This document shows positions 49,695 to 60,776 of a stretch of DNA of 64,000 nt, piece after piece (within the stretch, counting starts at the first letter, position 1; each line of letters begins with the position of its first letter). The notes under the pieces are model-generated. The model saw nothing but the letters and a program-made list of their open reading frames with translations. It did not search any database and was not told where the DNA came from. The stretch comes from Spirochaetia bacterium (GTDB lineage Bacteria; Spirochaetota; Spirochaetia; SZUA-6; Bin103), in the NCBI GenBank assembly GCA_965203905.1, contig CBDBDQ010000005.1, positions 5,088,001-5,152,000 on the forward strand. Reading direction: 5' to 3'. The position numbers and the translations under genes are program-made.

Positions 49695-50651
49695 CTACTG
49701 GTAGCGGACCCTGGGATCCAGATAGCCATAGAGCAGATCGACGACGAGATTGGCCCCCACCACCGCCGTGCCGAAAACCAGGTTCAGTCCGGAGACGACC
49801 GTGTAGTCTCGGTCGGTGAGCGCGGACACCATGAGAAAACCCAGCCCCGGCAGGTTGAATACGTTTTCCATGATGACGGAGCCGCCGATCACGATGGGGA
49901 GCTGCAGGCCTACCAGCGTAACGATCGGGATGAGGGCATTCTTGACGGCGTGTCTGAGAACCACCGCCTGTTCCTTCAGACCCTTGGACCAGGCCGTCCG
50001 GATGAAGTCCTGCCGGAGCACCTCCAACATCATGGTGCGCGTCATCCGCATGGTGGCGGCAGACATGGCCGTGCCCAGAATCAGGCTGGGAATGATGAAC
50101 ACCCCGAGATTCCCCAGCGGATCTTCGGTGAAGGGAATCAGCCGCAGCGGCGGCGACCAGCCCCACCAGATTGCCGGATAGAGCAACACCATGAGTGCTA
50201 TCCAGAAATTCGGCGTTGCCAGGCCAATAATGGCGACCGAGCGCCCCAGGTAGTCGGCGGCAGTATCCTGGCGAATCGCCGAGTAGATGCCCACCGGCAG
50301 GGCTATCACGAGCGCAATCACGATTGCCATGACACCAAGCTGAACGGTCACGGGCAGTCTGCCTACTATCTTCTCCTTCACCGAGAAACGGCTGACCAGT
50401 GATTCGCCCAGGCTCCCGTGGAGGACAATATCCCTTATCCAGCGTCCATATTGCACATAGACAGGCACGTCCAATCCCAGCGTATGCTCGAGAGCTTCAC
50501 GGTCGATCGTGCCCTCCGTGAACACCATGTCTTTCGCCATTGCGTCTATTACATCGCCCGGGAGGAAGCGGACCAAGAGAAAGACGATGACGCTCAACAT
50601 GATGAGAGTGGGGATGACCAGCAGCAGCCGCCGAATGATATACGCTCTCAT
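49695..50651 (-). CDS. ABC permease DppB-like (locus D)
   Basis: Paralog motifs. Confidence 0.92.
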   Translation of the reverse strand: MRAYIIRRLLLVIPTLIMLSVIVFLLVRFLPGDVIDAMAKDMVFTEGTIDREALEHTLGLDVPVYVQYGRWIRDIVLHGSLGESLVSRFSVKEKIVGRLPVTVQLGVMAIVIALVIALPVGIYSAIRQDTAADYLGRSVAIIGLATPNFWIALMVLLYPAIWWGWSPPLRLIPFTEDPLGNLGVFIIPSLILGTAMSAATMRMTRTMMLEVLRQDFIRTAWSKGLKEQAVVLRHAVKNALIPIVTLVGLQLPIVIGGSVIMENVFNLPGLGFLMVSALTDRDYTVVSGLNLVFGTAVVGANLVVDLLYGYLDPRVRYQ

Positions 50652-50659
50652 AATCAAAT

Positions 50660-50700
50660 GAGACGGGAGCGGGGAGGCTGACCCTCCCTGCTCCCGTCTC
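50660..50700 (-). terminator. Intercistronic hairpin after the SBP gene (similar hairpins at 29000-29029 and 36667-36699)
   Basis: GAGACGGGAGCGGGGAGG...CCTCCCTGCTCCCGTCTC. Confidence 0.6.
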
Positions 50701-50727
50701 GTTCAAAGTCAGCAGTTGGAACTGAAT

Positions 50728-52533
50728 CTAATAGCCCATTTCTCCCTTCAGCTCCTGGTCAATCCAGAGGCGGGCCAACGTGGCATTGCTGTTACCGTGT
50801 CCCATGTGGGAATCACCGTCAAAGCCTATGACCCACGGCTGGGTGACGTTGAAATGCGGAGGCACAGGACTGATGAGGTGCCAATGCTGTGAGATGGCGT
50901 ACATTTCTGCCTCCCTGGATATCCTTTTCAGCTCCTCCACGGAGGAAGCGTCGCGCGCGGCGTCAACCAGGGCGTCGTAGTGCGGGTCACTGATGCCGCC
51001 GCGATTATGGTATTGATTGGGGAGACCGCGCGTGTAACCAAAACCTAGCGCAGCCAACGGCGCGTATGGTGTGGCCGAAATGAAAGCCGCAAATCCTTCA
51101 GTATCACGCTCGCTGAAGCGGCGGAAGAATTCAGGCCATTCATAGAGTACGGCCTTTACCTCGACGCCGATCTCGCGCAAATACGCCGTGACAATTTCTG
51201 CATAGGTTACGTCGCTGCCCATGAGATCCAAACCGGTCTGGAATCGAATGCCGTCCGCGCCGCGTGGGTACCCCGCCTCGTCAAGGAGCCTTTCGGCCCC
51301 TTCCGGGTCATAGGTATAGCCCTTCTTGACCGCTTCGGGCCACTCATCAAACGGAACGGTGTACCCGGCCTGCCAGTTAGCGATCATCCCCTGTGGAGTA
51401 CTATTGGCAAGACCCTTATAGTAGGTATTGTTGATCGTCTCGAGGTCGACTGCCATCTGCATCGCCTTGCGCACGTTGACGTCGTCAAAGGGCGGCTTGT
51501 CTACTGCCAGGGTATACGTTTCGTTCGCCCTGAAGTAGAAAGGATTCAACCTGAGCTCGGGATTGGTCTGCCGCAGACTGTCGGCCGCGTCCACGGTTCG
51601 TACCAAAGCACCGACATTGAGGCCGTTGTAATCCACCTTGCCCGTGCGCACTGCCGACGCAAACGTCGCTACCTCCGGCATGTACAGGCCTACCAACTGA
51701 TCAACGTAGGGCAGGCGGTTCTCGGGGTACTTTTCGTCGTAGCCCCAGTAGTCGGGATTCTTGGCAAAGGTGATTGAGCTGCTCTCGACCCAATCGGTCA
51801 TCATGAAAGGACCGGTCCCGACCAGGTTCCTCCAGTCGGTAACGTCGCCGTGTTGCTTGATGACCTCGGGGGCGTTCATGAAGGCATAGATGTCGTCGAG
51901 CAGTACCACCAGCGCATCGAGGGGTGGCTCCCTCAACTTGAAGACGACCGTATATTCGTCGGTGGCCGTTATCGATTCGAATTGCATCCCGGCGAATCGT
52001 GCCGCTTGGGCGGGAGGTTCGGTGAAGCCGCTGCCCGTACCGCTATAGCGGTGGAAGTTGAACACGATATCCTCGGCAACCAGCTCGCGCCCGTTCATAG
52101 GGGGTTTGTCGTGCCAGCGAACGCTCTCGCGGATGTGGAAGATGACGGTGCTGGGATCAGGCTGTTCCCAGCTTTCCGCCAGAGCCCCGGCATAGTGTTC
52201 TTCGAGCAGAAATTCATTTGCAAGGTCATTCACGCTTCTATCTATTGCCCAGTTCGCGTGGCCTAGTTTCTCTATGACGCCACTGACCGCTTTTTATGCC
52301 CCGTACCCCGCGATCGACATGTCAGCATTCGGAGGTTCGTACTGGTAGGCGAAGGTCAATGTCCCGCCATACTCGGGCGCGGTCACCACCTTGCCGTTGC
52401 TGGGGTCGGTGACATATTTCTTGTCGGCAGCGGCTGCCGGCTGCTCTTCTTCGCCGGCGGCCCAGAGGCCGGTCGCGGTGAGGACAAGGACCACCGTAAC
52501 CGCGAAGGTCCTGGTAATTTGTGCAATATACAT
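50728..52533 (-). pseudogene. ABC substrate-binding protein, family 5 (locus D), with one in-frame TAA at 52294-52296
   Basis: ...AGYGA*KAVSGVIEKLG... continues in the same frame into 50728-52233. Confidence 0.85.
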
Positions 52534-53095
52534 ACGCAACTCCGTATGTTGGTTTTCTTGAGAGTATTGCGGACCGGCTTGCCGCTCCCTGGCTACTCTC
52601 GCGCCCGCAACGCAGGCGGCCAGACCGAGTCAGATTCGTGAAGCGCGCGGCGTGTGACTCCCGAGGCTCACGCCGCGCGCGTGCGGTTCTTTGAGAATCA
52701 TCTTGCGCTCCACAACGCCACGGGGCGGTGGTCGGCGGAGCACCGAAGGGTAATTGACCCGGCAACGCCGGCGGTCGGTTCTGCGACGGTGAGTCGGGGG
52801 GCGGGGATCCAGGACCGTTGCGGTGGTCAGTGAACGAACGCGAACTGAGCCGGTACCGCCCGGAGCCGGCGTTACGCCGCTGCTGAAGGCGAAGGCGCCC
52901 GCGGGGCGATCAGCCCAAGCGGTTAGTGATCTATAGGTAGTATCAAGAGTGCGGGGGGGGACGGGAGTGGATCGGGCGCACCGGCTGCGTGATCGCTAAC
53001 CGGTCACTGCGCTGACTGTCTTCGTGGCGCTTCACCCGCATCGGGTCGATGTTCCGGACGTTGTATCCTCCCACGCGGCCGGCATACTGTCAAAC
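52534..53095 (-). promoter_or_regulatory. Upstream module of locus D, intron-free (TTGACA 53088-53093, motif 52998-53014, C8 52953-52960, uORF 52630-52701)
   Basis: Homologous to 12160-12425 joined to 14555-14735. Confidence 0.75.
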
Positions 53096-53199
53096 CCGGA
53101 TCGCCACGACTCGACGGACTCGACTCGGCGTTTCGGCGCTCGTGGAACGAGTGGTCGGTCGGGGTCGCTCAGTGGGGTTCGGCACGAAACACCGGCGGA

Positions 53200-53925
53200 C
53201 TATCGAGCGGACGCCGTTCCCAGTTTGGCGACGAACGCGGAATGCTCAGGGGTGGCGATGCCGTTGCTCAACTCGGACAGCACGCCGGCGAAGTCGCCGG
53301 CGAGGAGCGCGTTGGAGGCAAGGCGCAGACCGGCGAACGTCTGGCTGTACAGAATCCCGGCGGCATCCGGCGCCAGGGGCCGGTACTCGTCTTCGGTAAG
53401 CACGAACCAGTCGATTACGTCATCGTATACCCGCCAGACCAGGTACTCCAGCACCCCGTTGCGGCGGTAGGCGTGCAGCTTGTCATGCAGGTCGTAGGCT
53501 GCGCTGCTCGCCACCACCTCTACCACCAACTCGGGCGCGCCGCTCACGTAGTCGTCGGCGTCGAGTCGCGACCGGCCGATGGCGGCCGGCTTGATGCGCA
53601 TGAGCACGTCGGGCTGCGGCTCGTTGTCGAGGTCCAGACGCACGGTGGCGTTGTCGAGCACCGAGACGCCGGGGGTCGATGCGCTGTAAACGCGCAGCCA
53701 TGCCAACAGGTCGCCGTGCTTCTCGGCATGGGTCGCGCGGACGGGCGACGGCACGTGGACTACCCCCTCGATCAGTTCCGCCTTCTTGATGTCGGGCTGG
53801 GCGAGATAGCGCCGCTCAAACTCGCAACGCGGCAGCCGATCTCCATTCTCCAGCGGAATGACCGGAGCGACGGGCGCCGCCATCGCGCCTTTTGCCGAGT
53901 CGGTCGGGAGAGCAGCGTGGCTCAT
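53200..53925 (-). CDS. Uma2 family endonuclease
   Basis: LENGDRL...FERRY, AELIEGVV, EPQPD, APELVVEV, GVLEY. Confidence 0.9.
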   Translation of the reverse strand: MSHAALPTDSAKGAMAAPVAPVIPLENGDRLPRCEFERRYLAQPDIKKAELIEGVVHVPSPVRATHAEKHGDLLAWLRVYSASTPGVSVLDNATVRLDLDNEPQPDVLMRIKPAAIGRSRLDADDYVSGAPELVVEVVASSAAYDLHDKLHAYRRNGVLEYLVWRVYDDVIDWFVLTEDEYRPLAPDAAGILYSQTFAGLRLASNALLAGDFAGVLSELSNGIATPEHSAFVAKLGTASAR

Positions 53926-54112
53926 GAACGAGACTCTACGCACAACCCCGGGATGCTGCAAGCCATGGAACCGGCCGGCGACCGCAGAGTGGGTGGTTTC
54001 GCGGCGGCGCTGCGCCGGTCAGCCGGCCCACGGCGCCACGACCGACCGGTGCAAGAGGGACGCAAGCAAGTCCCTCCAACCTGCCTGCGCCGCACGCGGT
54101 ACGTCGCCCCGG

Positions 54113-55084
54113 CTACGTAGTGCGGTCGGTACCGAGACGCCCGCCACCACCCCTGAGCCGCGGGTCGAGCAGGTCGCGGACCGCGTCGCCCACCATGTTC
54201 AGGCAGTACACCGTCACCGTCAGGAACAGACCGGGCCACAGCGCCAGCCGCGGCGCCAGCTCCATGTAGCGGCGGCCCTCGCGGCTCAGCATGCCGCCCC
54301 AGCTCGGCACGTTCACCGGCAGGCCGAAACCGAGGAAGCTCAAGCTGGCCTCGGCGATGATCACGCTGCCGACGTTGATGCTGAAGATGACGATCAGCGG
54401 CGCGGCGATGTTGGGCAGCACGTGGCGCACCAGGATCCGGCGCCGGCGCGCGCCGGCCGCCTCCGCGGCCTGGAAGTAGGCGTTCTCCTTGACGCCGATC
54501 ACCGCGCCGCGGACTACCCGCGACGCCGGAATCCCGCCGGTGACCCCCAGCACCACGATCACCGTGACGATGCTGCGATCGACGAACGACATGATGGTGA
54601 GCAGCAGCAGCAAGCCGGGGAACGACATCCACGCATCGACGAAGCGCTGGGTGTAGATGTCGACCCGGCCGCCGATGAAGCCCGTGGTGCCGCCCACCAG
54701 CAGCGCCACGATGGTGTTCAGCAGGGTTGCCAACAGCCCCACCAGCAGCGACACCTGAGCGCCCTTGAGGATCCGCGCCAGCACGTCGCGGCCGGCGTGA
54801 TCGGTGCCGAGGGGGTGCTCGGCCGAGGGCGCCTGCAAGCGGTCCTGCACGCGGCCGATGTCGTACTCGTGCGGCGTCAACTGCTCGGCAAAGACGGCGA
54901 CGAAGATCAGCCCCAACAGGACCACGCCGGCCGCGGCGCCCAGCGGCTGCTGCCGCAGCAATCGACCGAAGAAGTCAGTCAAGGGGCGGCGCCGGCCGCC
55001 GTCCGGGTCACGCACCGCCTCACCCACCGGAGCGCCGCCCGCGTCAACCGAAAGCGGCGCATTCGACGCATTCGACTCATTCAT
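54113..55084 (-). CDS. ABC permease DppC-like (locus E)
   Basis: Paralog motifs. Confidence 0.92.
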   Translation of the reverse strand: MNESNASNAPLSVDAGGAPVGEAVRDPDGGRRRPLTDFFGRLLRQQPLGAAAGVVLLGLIFVAVFAEQLTPHEYDIGRVQDRLQAPSAEHPLGTDHAGRDVLARILKGAQVSLLVGLLATLLNTIVALLVGGTTGFIGGRVDIYTQRFVDAWMSFPGLLLLLTIMSFVDRSIVTVIVVLGVTGGIPASRVVRGAVIGVKENAYFQAAEAAGARRRRILVRHVLPNIAAPLIVIFSINVGSVIIAEASLSFLGFGLPVNVPSWGGMLSREGRRYMELAPRLALWPGLFLTVTVYCLNMVGDAVRDLLDPRLRGGGGRLGTDRTT

Positions 55085-56045
55085 AGCGGATCCTCGGATC
55101 CAGGTAGGCGTACGCCAGATCGGTGGCGAGGTTGATCAGCACCACCACCGAGGCGAAGAACAGGTTCACGCCGGACACCACCGGGTAGTCGCGCAGGTTG
55201 AGCGCGCTCAGCATCAGGCGTCCGAGCCCGGGCAGGTTGAAAATGGTCTCGATGATCACCGAGCCACCGGCGATGATCGGCAGTTGCAGGCCGATCAGCG
55301 TGACCACCGGGATGAGGGCGTTCTTGACGACGTGCCGGAGCACCACCCTGCGCTCCTGCAGGCCCTTGGCCCAAGCCGTCCTTACATAGTCCTGGCGCAG
55401 CACCTCCAGCATCATGGTGCGGGTCATGCGCATCGTGCTGGCCGCCAGGTAGGTCCCCAGGATCAGGGCGGGAAACAGGAACATGGTGAGGTTCGCCAGC
55501 GGGTCGACAGCGAAGCGGACGTGCGTCAGCGGCGGCGTCCACCCCCACCAGATGGCCGGATAGATGATGACCAGCAGCGCGAGCCAGAAGTTCGGGGTCG
55601 ACAGGCCGACGATCGCCGCCGAGCGGCCAGCGTAGTCGGCCACCGTGTACTGCCGAATCGCCGAATAGATACCGATCGGCACCGCGATGATCAAACCGGT
55701 CAGGATCGCCAGCAGCCCCAGCTCCAGGGTCACGCCTATCCTGGAGGCCATCATCGCCTCCACGGTGTAGCCGCTCGAGCCGCCGTACAGCGAGCTGCCG
55801 AGGGTGCCACGCACGACGATGTTCCCGATCCACCGCGCGTACTGCACGGGAACGGGGACGTCGAGCCCAAGCCGCTTTTTCGCGGCAGCAATGTCGATCG
55901 CGCCGCCGCCTTCGTAGCCCATCCGGGCGACCATCACCTCGATGACGCTGCCGGGAATGAAGCGCACCGACAGAAACACCAGGATGGTGACGATGAAGAT
56001 GGTGGGGATGACCAGCAGCACCCGCCTGATCAAATACGCCCGCAC
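55077..56045 (-). CDS. ABC permease DppB-like (locus E)
   Basis: Paralog motifs; GGAGGT SD and GTG start. Confidence 0.92.
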   Translation of the reverse strand: MRAYLIRRVLLVIPTIFIVTILVFLSVRFIPGSVIEVMVARMGYEGGGAIDIAAAKKRLGLDVPVPVQYARWIGNIVVRGTLGSSLYGGSSGYTVEAMMASRIGVTLELGLLAILTGLIIAVPIGIYSAIRQYTVADYAGRSAAIVGLSTPNFWLALLVIIYPAIWWGWTPPLTHVRFAVDPLANLTMFLFPALILGTYLAASTMRMTRTMMLEVLRQDYVRTAWAKGLQERRVVLRHVVKNALIPVVTLIGLQLPIIAGGSVIIETIFNLPGLGRLMLSALNLRDYPVVSGVNLFFASVVVLINLATDLAYAYLDPRIRYE

Positions 56046-56073
56046 GTCAACTCACCTCCACACTCCGTTGCGC

Positions 56074-56109
56074 AAGAAAACGGGGTGGCAGGTCGTCCCC
56101 GCCACCCCG
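56074..56109 (-). terminator. Intrinsic terminator-like hairpin between SBP and dppB
   Basis: CGGGGTGGC...GCCACCCCG followed by TTTTCTT on the minus strand. Confidence 0.65.
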
Positions 56110-56137
56110 CGTTGGTTCGACCCTCTGCCGGCCGGGG

Positions 56138-57973
56138 TCAGAAGCCCATTTTCGCCTTCAGGTCCTGGTCGATCCAGACCCGCACCAGAATCTCGTTGTT
56201 GCTCATATCCGTGAGGAACGTCTCGCCGTTCCAGCCCTTGACCCAGGGGTTGGCCAGCTGGAACGCCGGCGCCTTGTGGCCGTAGACCTGGAAGTGCTGG
56301 CGCATGATGTAATCGTCGAACTCTCGCATGATCGGGATCCGCGCTTCCTGGCTGGTCGCAGCCTGGAACGCCTCGTAGAGCCGACTCATGGTCGCGTCCT
56401 TGAGCCCGCCGGTGTATTCGCCCGCCTGGTTCGCCTGCCCTTCGCCCTGGTAGTTGTGGACGTAGCCGTAGTAGCTCATGATGTGCGCGGGACTCAGATC
56501 CCAGCCGGAGTCGCCGGTCGTCATCTCGTAGAGCCCGCGGGCGCGGCGATCGACCCAGGCGCCGGTGTCCATCACCGTGATCTCCACCTCCACGCCGATC
56601 GCCTTCCAGTAGCCGGCCACGATCTCGACCCATCCGAGGTCGATCACGTCGCGGTGGTCGTAGGTGACCTTGAACCGCACCCCGTCCGCGCCGCGCGCGT
56701 AGCCGGCCTCGTCGAGCAAGCGCTCGGCCTCCTGCGGATGGTAGGAGTACTCAGCCTGCAGATCCGCGGACCGCTCCGCGAACGGAGTGTGCATCTCGCC
56801 GAGCGCGGCGCCGACCCAGCCCTGCACCGTCGGGTAGGCATACCCGCCGTAGTAGCTCTCGTTGATGGCATCGCGGTCGATCGCCATGTTCATCGCCTTG
56901 CGCACGCGGATGTCGTCGAACGGCGGCCGGCGGATGTTCAGGCCGGACACCTGCAGTGCGCGACTGTAGAACGGGACTGCCTGCATGTCGGGGTTGGTCT
57001 TCAGGATGGCATCCACCGCTTCGACGGTGGCCAGCGCGATGCCGCCGCCGACAGTAAGCATGTCTACCTGGCCGGTGCGCAGCGCGGCAGTGTAGGTCGC
57101 CTCTTCCTTCATATGGAGAGCCACCAGCTCATCGACGTAGGGCAGCCGGTTGTCCGGGTACTTCTCGTCGAAGCCCCAGTAGTCGGGATTGCGCACCCAC
57201 TGCTTGCGTACCTCGGGTTGGAAGTCAGCCAGCATGAACGGCCCGGTGCCGACCACGTTCCGCCAATCGGAGTAGTTGCCGTGCTGCTCGATGACCTCCG
57301 GTGGCAGGATCCAGACGCCGACCTCGGTGAGCACCTGGTTCTGCAAGTCCAGGCGCGGCTCGGTCAGCTTGAACTCGACCGTGTACCGGTCGGTGGCCTC
57401 GATGGATTCCCACGGAAAGTTGCGCAGGGCGTAGGTATACTCCGGCTTCCAGTCGAGCAGGCCGCCGATGCGGCGGTAGGTCCAGGCGACGTCTTCGGCG
57501 GTCAGCTCCCGTCCGTTCACCGGCGGCTTGTCGTGCCAGTGAACGCCCTGCCGGACCTTGACGATGAGCGTCCGGGGATCGGGATTCGACCAGCTCTCTG
57601 CCAGCCACCCGGTGAGGTGCTGGGGCGGCGTGTACCAAAAGGTCAAGGGGTACTCGTCCCGCGGCGTGGCCCAGTTGACGTATGCCAGCTTCTCGTTCAC
57701 CCCCATGATCTGAAAGCCGGCCCAGTGTCCGCCGATCGATGGATCCTGGTCCAGGAGCTCGTTCCTGGATGCGATGGTGAGGGTGCCGCCGTACTCGGGT
57801 GCGGTCACCATCTTGCCGGTGGACGGGTCCATCACCATCTCCTTCTCCATCGCCGCGGCCGGCTCCTCTTCTGCGGCCGGGCTCGCCCAGATGCCGGTGG
57901 CGATGAGGGCGAACACGAGCACAAACCCGAATGTGGGTGCGATTCTCAGAGTGTTCATAACCAATCTCTCCAT
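56138..57973 (-). CDS. ABC substrate-binding protein, family 5 (locus E)
   Basis: Paralog motifs; start may be 57958. Confidence 0.93.
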   Translation of the reverse strand: MERLVMNTLRIAPTFGFVLVFALIATGIWASPAAEEEPAAAMEKEMVMDPSTGKMVTAPEYGGTLTIASRNELLDQDPSIGGHWAGFQIMGVNEKLAYVNWATPRDEYPLTFWYTPPQHLTGWLAESWSNPDPRTLIVKVRQGVHWHDKPPVNGRELTAEDVAWTYRRIGGLLDWKPEYTYALRNFPWESIEATDRYTVEFKLTEPRLDLQNQVLTEVGVWILPPEVIEQHGNYSDWRNVVGTGPFMLADFQPEVRKQWVRNPDYWGFDEKYPDNRLPYVDELVALHMKEEATYTAALRTGQVDMLTVGGGIALATVEAVDAILKTNPDMQAVPFYSRALQVSGLNIRRPPFDDIRVRKAMNMAIDRDAINESYYGGYAYPTVQGWVGAALGEMHTPFAERSADLQAEYSYHPQEAERLLDEAGYARGADGVRFKVTYDHRDVIDLGWVEIVAGYWKAIGVEVEITVMDTGAWVDRRARGLYEMTTGDSGWDLSPAHIMSYYGYVHNYQGEGQANQAGEYTGGLKDATMSRLYEAFQAATSQEARIPIMREFDDYIMRQHFQVYGHKAPAFQLANPWVKGWNGETFLTDMSNNEILVRVWIDQDLKAKMGF

Positions 57974-58511
57974 TCATCTTCTGATTTGAGAGTGCTTCGG
58001 TGGGGAGTTGCCGGCCCGGCCCACTCTCGCGCCTGCAACGCAGGCGACCAGGCAGGGAGGGCAACCTCAGGTGGTCACACGCGCGGCATGAGCGTCATGC
58101 ACTCGGGCCGCGCGCGTGGTGCCATTCATTGAGTATCAGCTTGCACCTCCCTGTTGCGCGGATTCCGGGACTCGACGCCGAGAACGCGGCCGCGAGGCAC
58201 GCGCAGGGTGGCGGCTGTCCCGGTACTCGACGGAGTGATCTGGTATTGGACGGAGTGCTGCCGTAAGCGCAGGGCGGGCGTAATCGGTGGTGCGGTGCAC
58301 TCTGGCCCGGTTGGCCGGCGCGGTTAGTTACTTCTCGGATGAATCGAGAGTTAGATGTTATTCGCGTCCCGGGGGAGGGGGGGGGATGGATCGGGCGCAC
58401 CGGCTGCGTGATCGGTAACCGGTCACTGCGCTGACTGTCTTCGTGGCGTTTCACCCGCATCGGTTGATGCTCCGGACGTTGTATCCTCCCACGCGGCCGG
58501 CATACTGTCAA
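57974..58511 (-). promoter_or_regulatory. Upstream module of locus E (TTGACA 58506-58511, motif 58417-58433, C9TC5 58371-58385, uORF 58095-58139)
   Basis: 58388-58513 nearly identical to 52969-53095. Confidence 0.72.
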
Positions 58512-58654
58512 ACGCTCCTGCCTCGCTGCCTCGCCTCGGTACACCGTGACCGCCACGCCAGCTCCCGAAGTCGCGCGGCGGAGGATTGTGTGGACTCTGA
58601 GCACTCCGAGCACACGCGCTTGAACTGACTCGAAAGTTGGTTTACTTTTTGGTC

Positions 58655-58918
58655 ATGTCGGAGAAGAGCCTGAACATACATGAAGCCAAGACGCATCTGT
58701 CCGAGCATCTCGCGGCCCTCGGCCCGGGAGACCGCATCGTTCTGTGTCGGCGCAACCGGCCGATCGCGGAGATTCGCCCGCTGGCGGCCTCACGCTCGAC
58801 TCCCCGGCCGGTGGGCCTCGGCAAAGGGCTCGTTACCATCCCGGAGACCTTCTTTGCGCCGCTGCCGGATGAGGTGCTCGACCTGTTCGCCGGCAGCGCT
58901 CGGACGGATGACCGCTGA
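58655..58918 (+). CDS. Phd/YefM antitoxin
   Basis: NIHEAKTHLS...RRNRPIAEIRP. Confidence 0.88.
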   Translation: MSEKSLNIHEAKTHLSEHLAALGPGDRIVLCRRNRPIAEIRPLAASRSTPRPVGLGKGLVTIPETFFAPLPDEVLDLFAGSARTDDR

Positions 58919-59304
58919 TGCGCCTCCTGCTGGATACCTGCACGTTCCTGTGGCTGGTCGATGACCATCCAAGGCTCGCGGCACGGGCTCGCGACGCGAT
59001 TGTCGATCCTGCCAACGACGTCTACTTGAGCGCCGCGTCGGCGTGGGAGATCGTCATCAAACATGCGCTGGGGCGCCTCGAACTGGCGCTCGCCGTGGAC
59101 GACTACCTTCCTCGCCAGCGAGAGTTGCACGGCATCGAGCCGCTGCCGATCGGCGAGGACGCTACTCTCGCATTGGCAAAGCTTCCCGCCCGCCACAAGG
59201 ATCCGTTCGACCGCATCCTGATTGCCCAAGCGATTGTCGGTGGCTGCTCTCTGGTTACGCCCGATCCACTCATCAAGGCCTATCCGGTTTCGATCCTCTG
59301 GTAG
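58918..59304 (+). CDS. vapC: PIN toxin
   Basis: MRLLLDT, SAASAWEI, HKDPFDRILIAQA. Confidence 0.92.
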   Translation: MRLLLDTCTFLWLVDDHPRLAARARDAIVDPANDVYLSAASAWEIVIKHALGRLELALAVDDYLPRQRELHGIEPLPIGEDATLALAKLPARHKDPFDRILIAQAIVGGCSLVTPDPLIKAYPVSILW

Positions 59305-59357
59305 ATCTGGTAGAAGCTCCGGTGGCGACGACACGCGGGCGCGGCTATAGTTGCACG

Positions 59358-60776
59358 GTGCGTGAGACCATCCGCGAGCCGGCGCGCGATACGCCGGTGT
59401 ACGGACACTGCGATGTGCTGGTGCTGGGCGGTGGCCCGGGCGGTACGGCAGCGGCCATCGGTGCCGCCGCGGCCGGGGCGGACACCGTGCTGGTGGAACG
59501 CTACGGCCATCTCGGGGGGCTGGCCAGCGGCGGGCACGTCTGCTACATCGACCGCATGACCGACTGGGACGGGCGGCTGGTGGTGGCCGGCGTGGGGCAG
59601 GAGTTCATGGACCGCTGCGGCGTGGAGGCGGGCGGCATCATCGGCCCGGAGCGCGAGTACTGGGGTAGCCGCGACGCGGAGCTGGTAGAGTACTGGGGGC
59701 CGCGCTGGAACGCCCACCGCGGCGTCGTGTGCTGGTCGCCGACCATCGATCCCGAGATGCTGAAGCTGGCCTCCAACGACCTGGTGCGCGAGCGCGGGGT
59801 GCGTACCCTGTTCCACTGCTGGGCGGTGGCGCCGGTGATGCGGGAGGATCATGCAGCCGTGCCCGCGGTGGGCGGCGCGCTGTTCGAGAGCAAGGAGGGC
59901 CGCTTCGCGATTCGCGCCGGTGTCACCATCGACTGCACCGGCGACGGCGACATCTTCGCGGCCGCCGGCGCCGCCTTCGAGACCAACCGCGATCCCGACA
60001 CGATCCACTCCTGCGTCAACACCTCGGGGCGTTTCGGCGGCGTCGACACCGAGCGCTTCTGGCACTTTCGCACCTACGACGTGGAGGGCTACAAGGCCAA
60101 GCTGCAGGAGGCGCGCGAGGTGGGTGCCGTGATCCGCGCCTCGGTTCTGCCGCGGGAGGGGCAGGTGCTGAGCATGCACCCCAAGTACCAGGGCTACTCG
60201 GCGATCAAGGTGGCCGATCTGAGCGAGGTGGAGTTCCGCTCGCGCGACGACCTGCGCCGCGGGGTGGCGTGGTGGCGCCGCCACATGCCGGGCTGGGAGC
60301 ACGCCTACCTGCTGGAGACGGCGGACCAGATCGGCGTGCGCCACAGCCGGCGCCTGGTGGGGGAGGTGCAGATCACCCTCGACCAGTGGAAGCGCAGCGG
60401 CCGCCACGCCGACTCCATCGGCCTGTGCCCGGGCGTATCGCCGGAGTATCCCACGCTGGAGATCCCCTACGGCAGCCTGGTGCCGCGCGAGCTGGAGGGG
60501 CTGCTGGTCGCCGGACGCAACCTGAGCTGCGACGTGCGCTCCCACAACCCGCTACGCGAGATCCCGGAGTGCTGGGTGATGGGCCAGGGAGCCGGCGTCG
60601 GCGCCGCGCTGGCGGTGAGCCACGGGGTTGCCGCACGGGCAGCGCCGGTGGCGGAGATGCAGGCCGAGCTGCGCCGCCAGGGCGCCATCGTCACGGCGCC
60701 GGGGTCGGCCGAACTGGCACCGGGCGGCGCCGAATCCCCGGGCGCGAGGCGAGGCTCCCAGGAGGTAACCGCATGA
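59358..60776 (+). CDS. FAD-dependent oxidoreductase
   Basis: DVLVLGGGPGG..AAI.AA, LVERYGHLGG, IDCTGDGD, IPYGSLVP...LLVAGR. Confidence 0.88.
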   Translation: MRETIREPARDTPVYGHCDVLVLGGGPGGTAAAIGAAAAGADTVLVERYGHLGGLASGGHVCYIDRMTDWDGRLVVAGVGQEFMDRCGVEAGGIIGPEREYWGSRDAELVEYWGPRWNAHRGVVCWSPTIDPEMLKLASNDLVRERGVRTLFHCWAVAPVMREDHAAVPAVGGALFESKEGRFAIRAGVTIDCTGDGDIFAAAGAAFETNRDPDTIHSCVNTSGRFGGVDTERFWHFRTYDVEGYKAKLQEAREVGAVIRASVLPREGQVLSMHPKYQGYSAIKVADLSEVEFRSRDDLRRGVAWWRRHMPGWEHAYLLETADQIGVRHSRRLVGEVQITLDQWKRSGRHADSIGLCPGVSPEYPTLEIPYGSLVPRELEGLLVAGRNLSCDVRSHNPLREIPECWVMGQGAGVGAALAVSHGVAARAAPVAEMQAELRRQGAIVTAPGSAELAPGGAESPGARRGSQEVTA

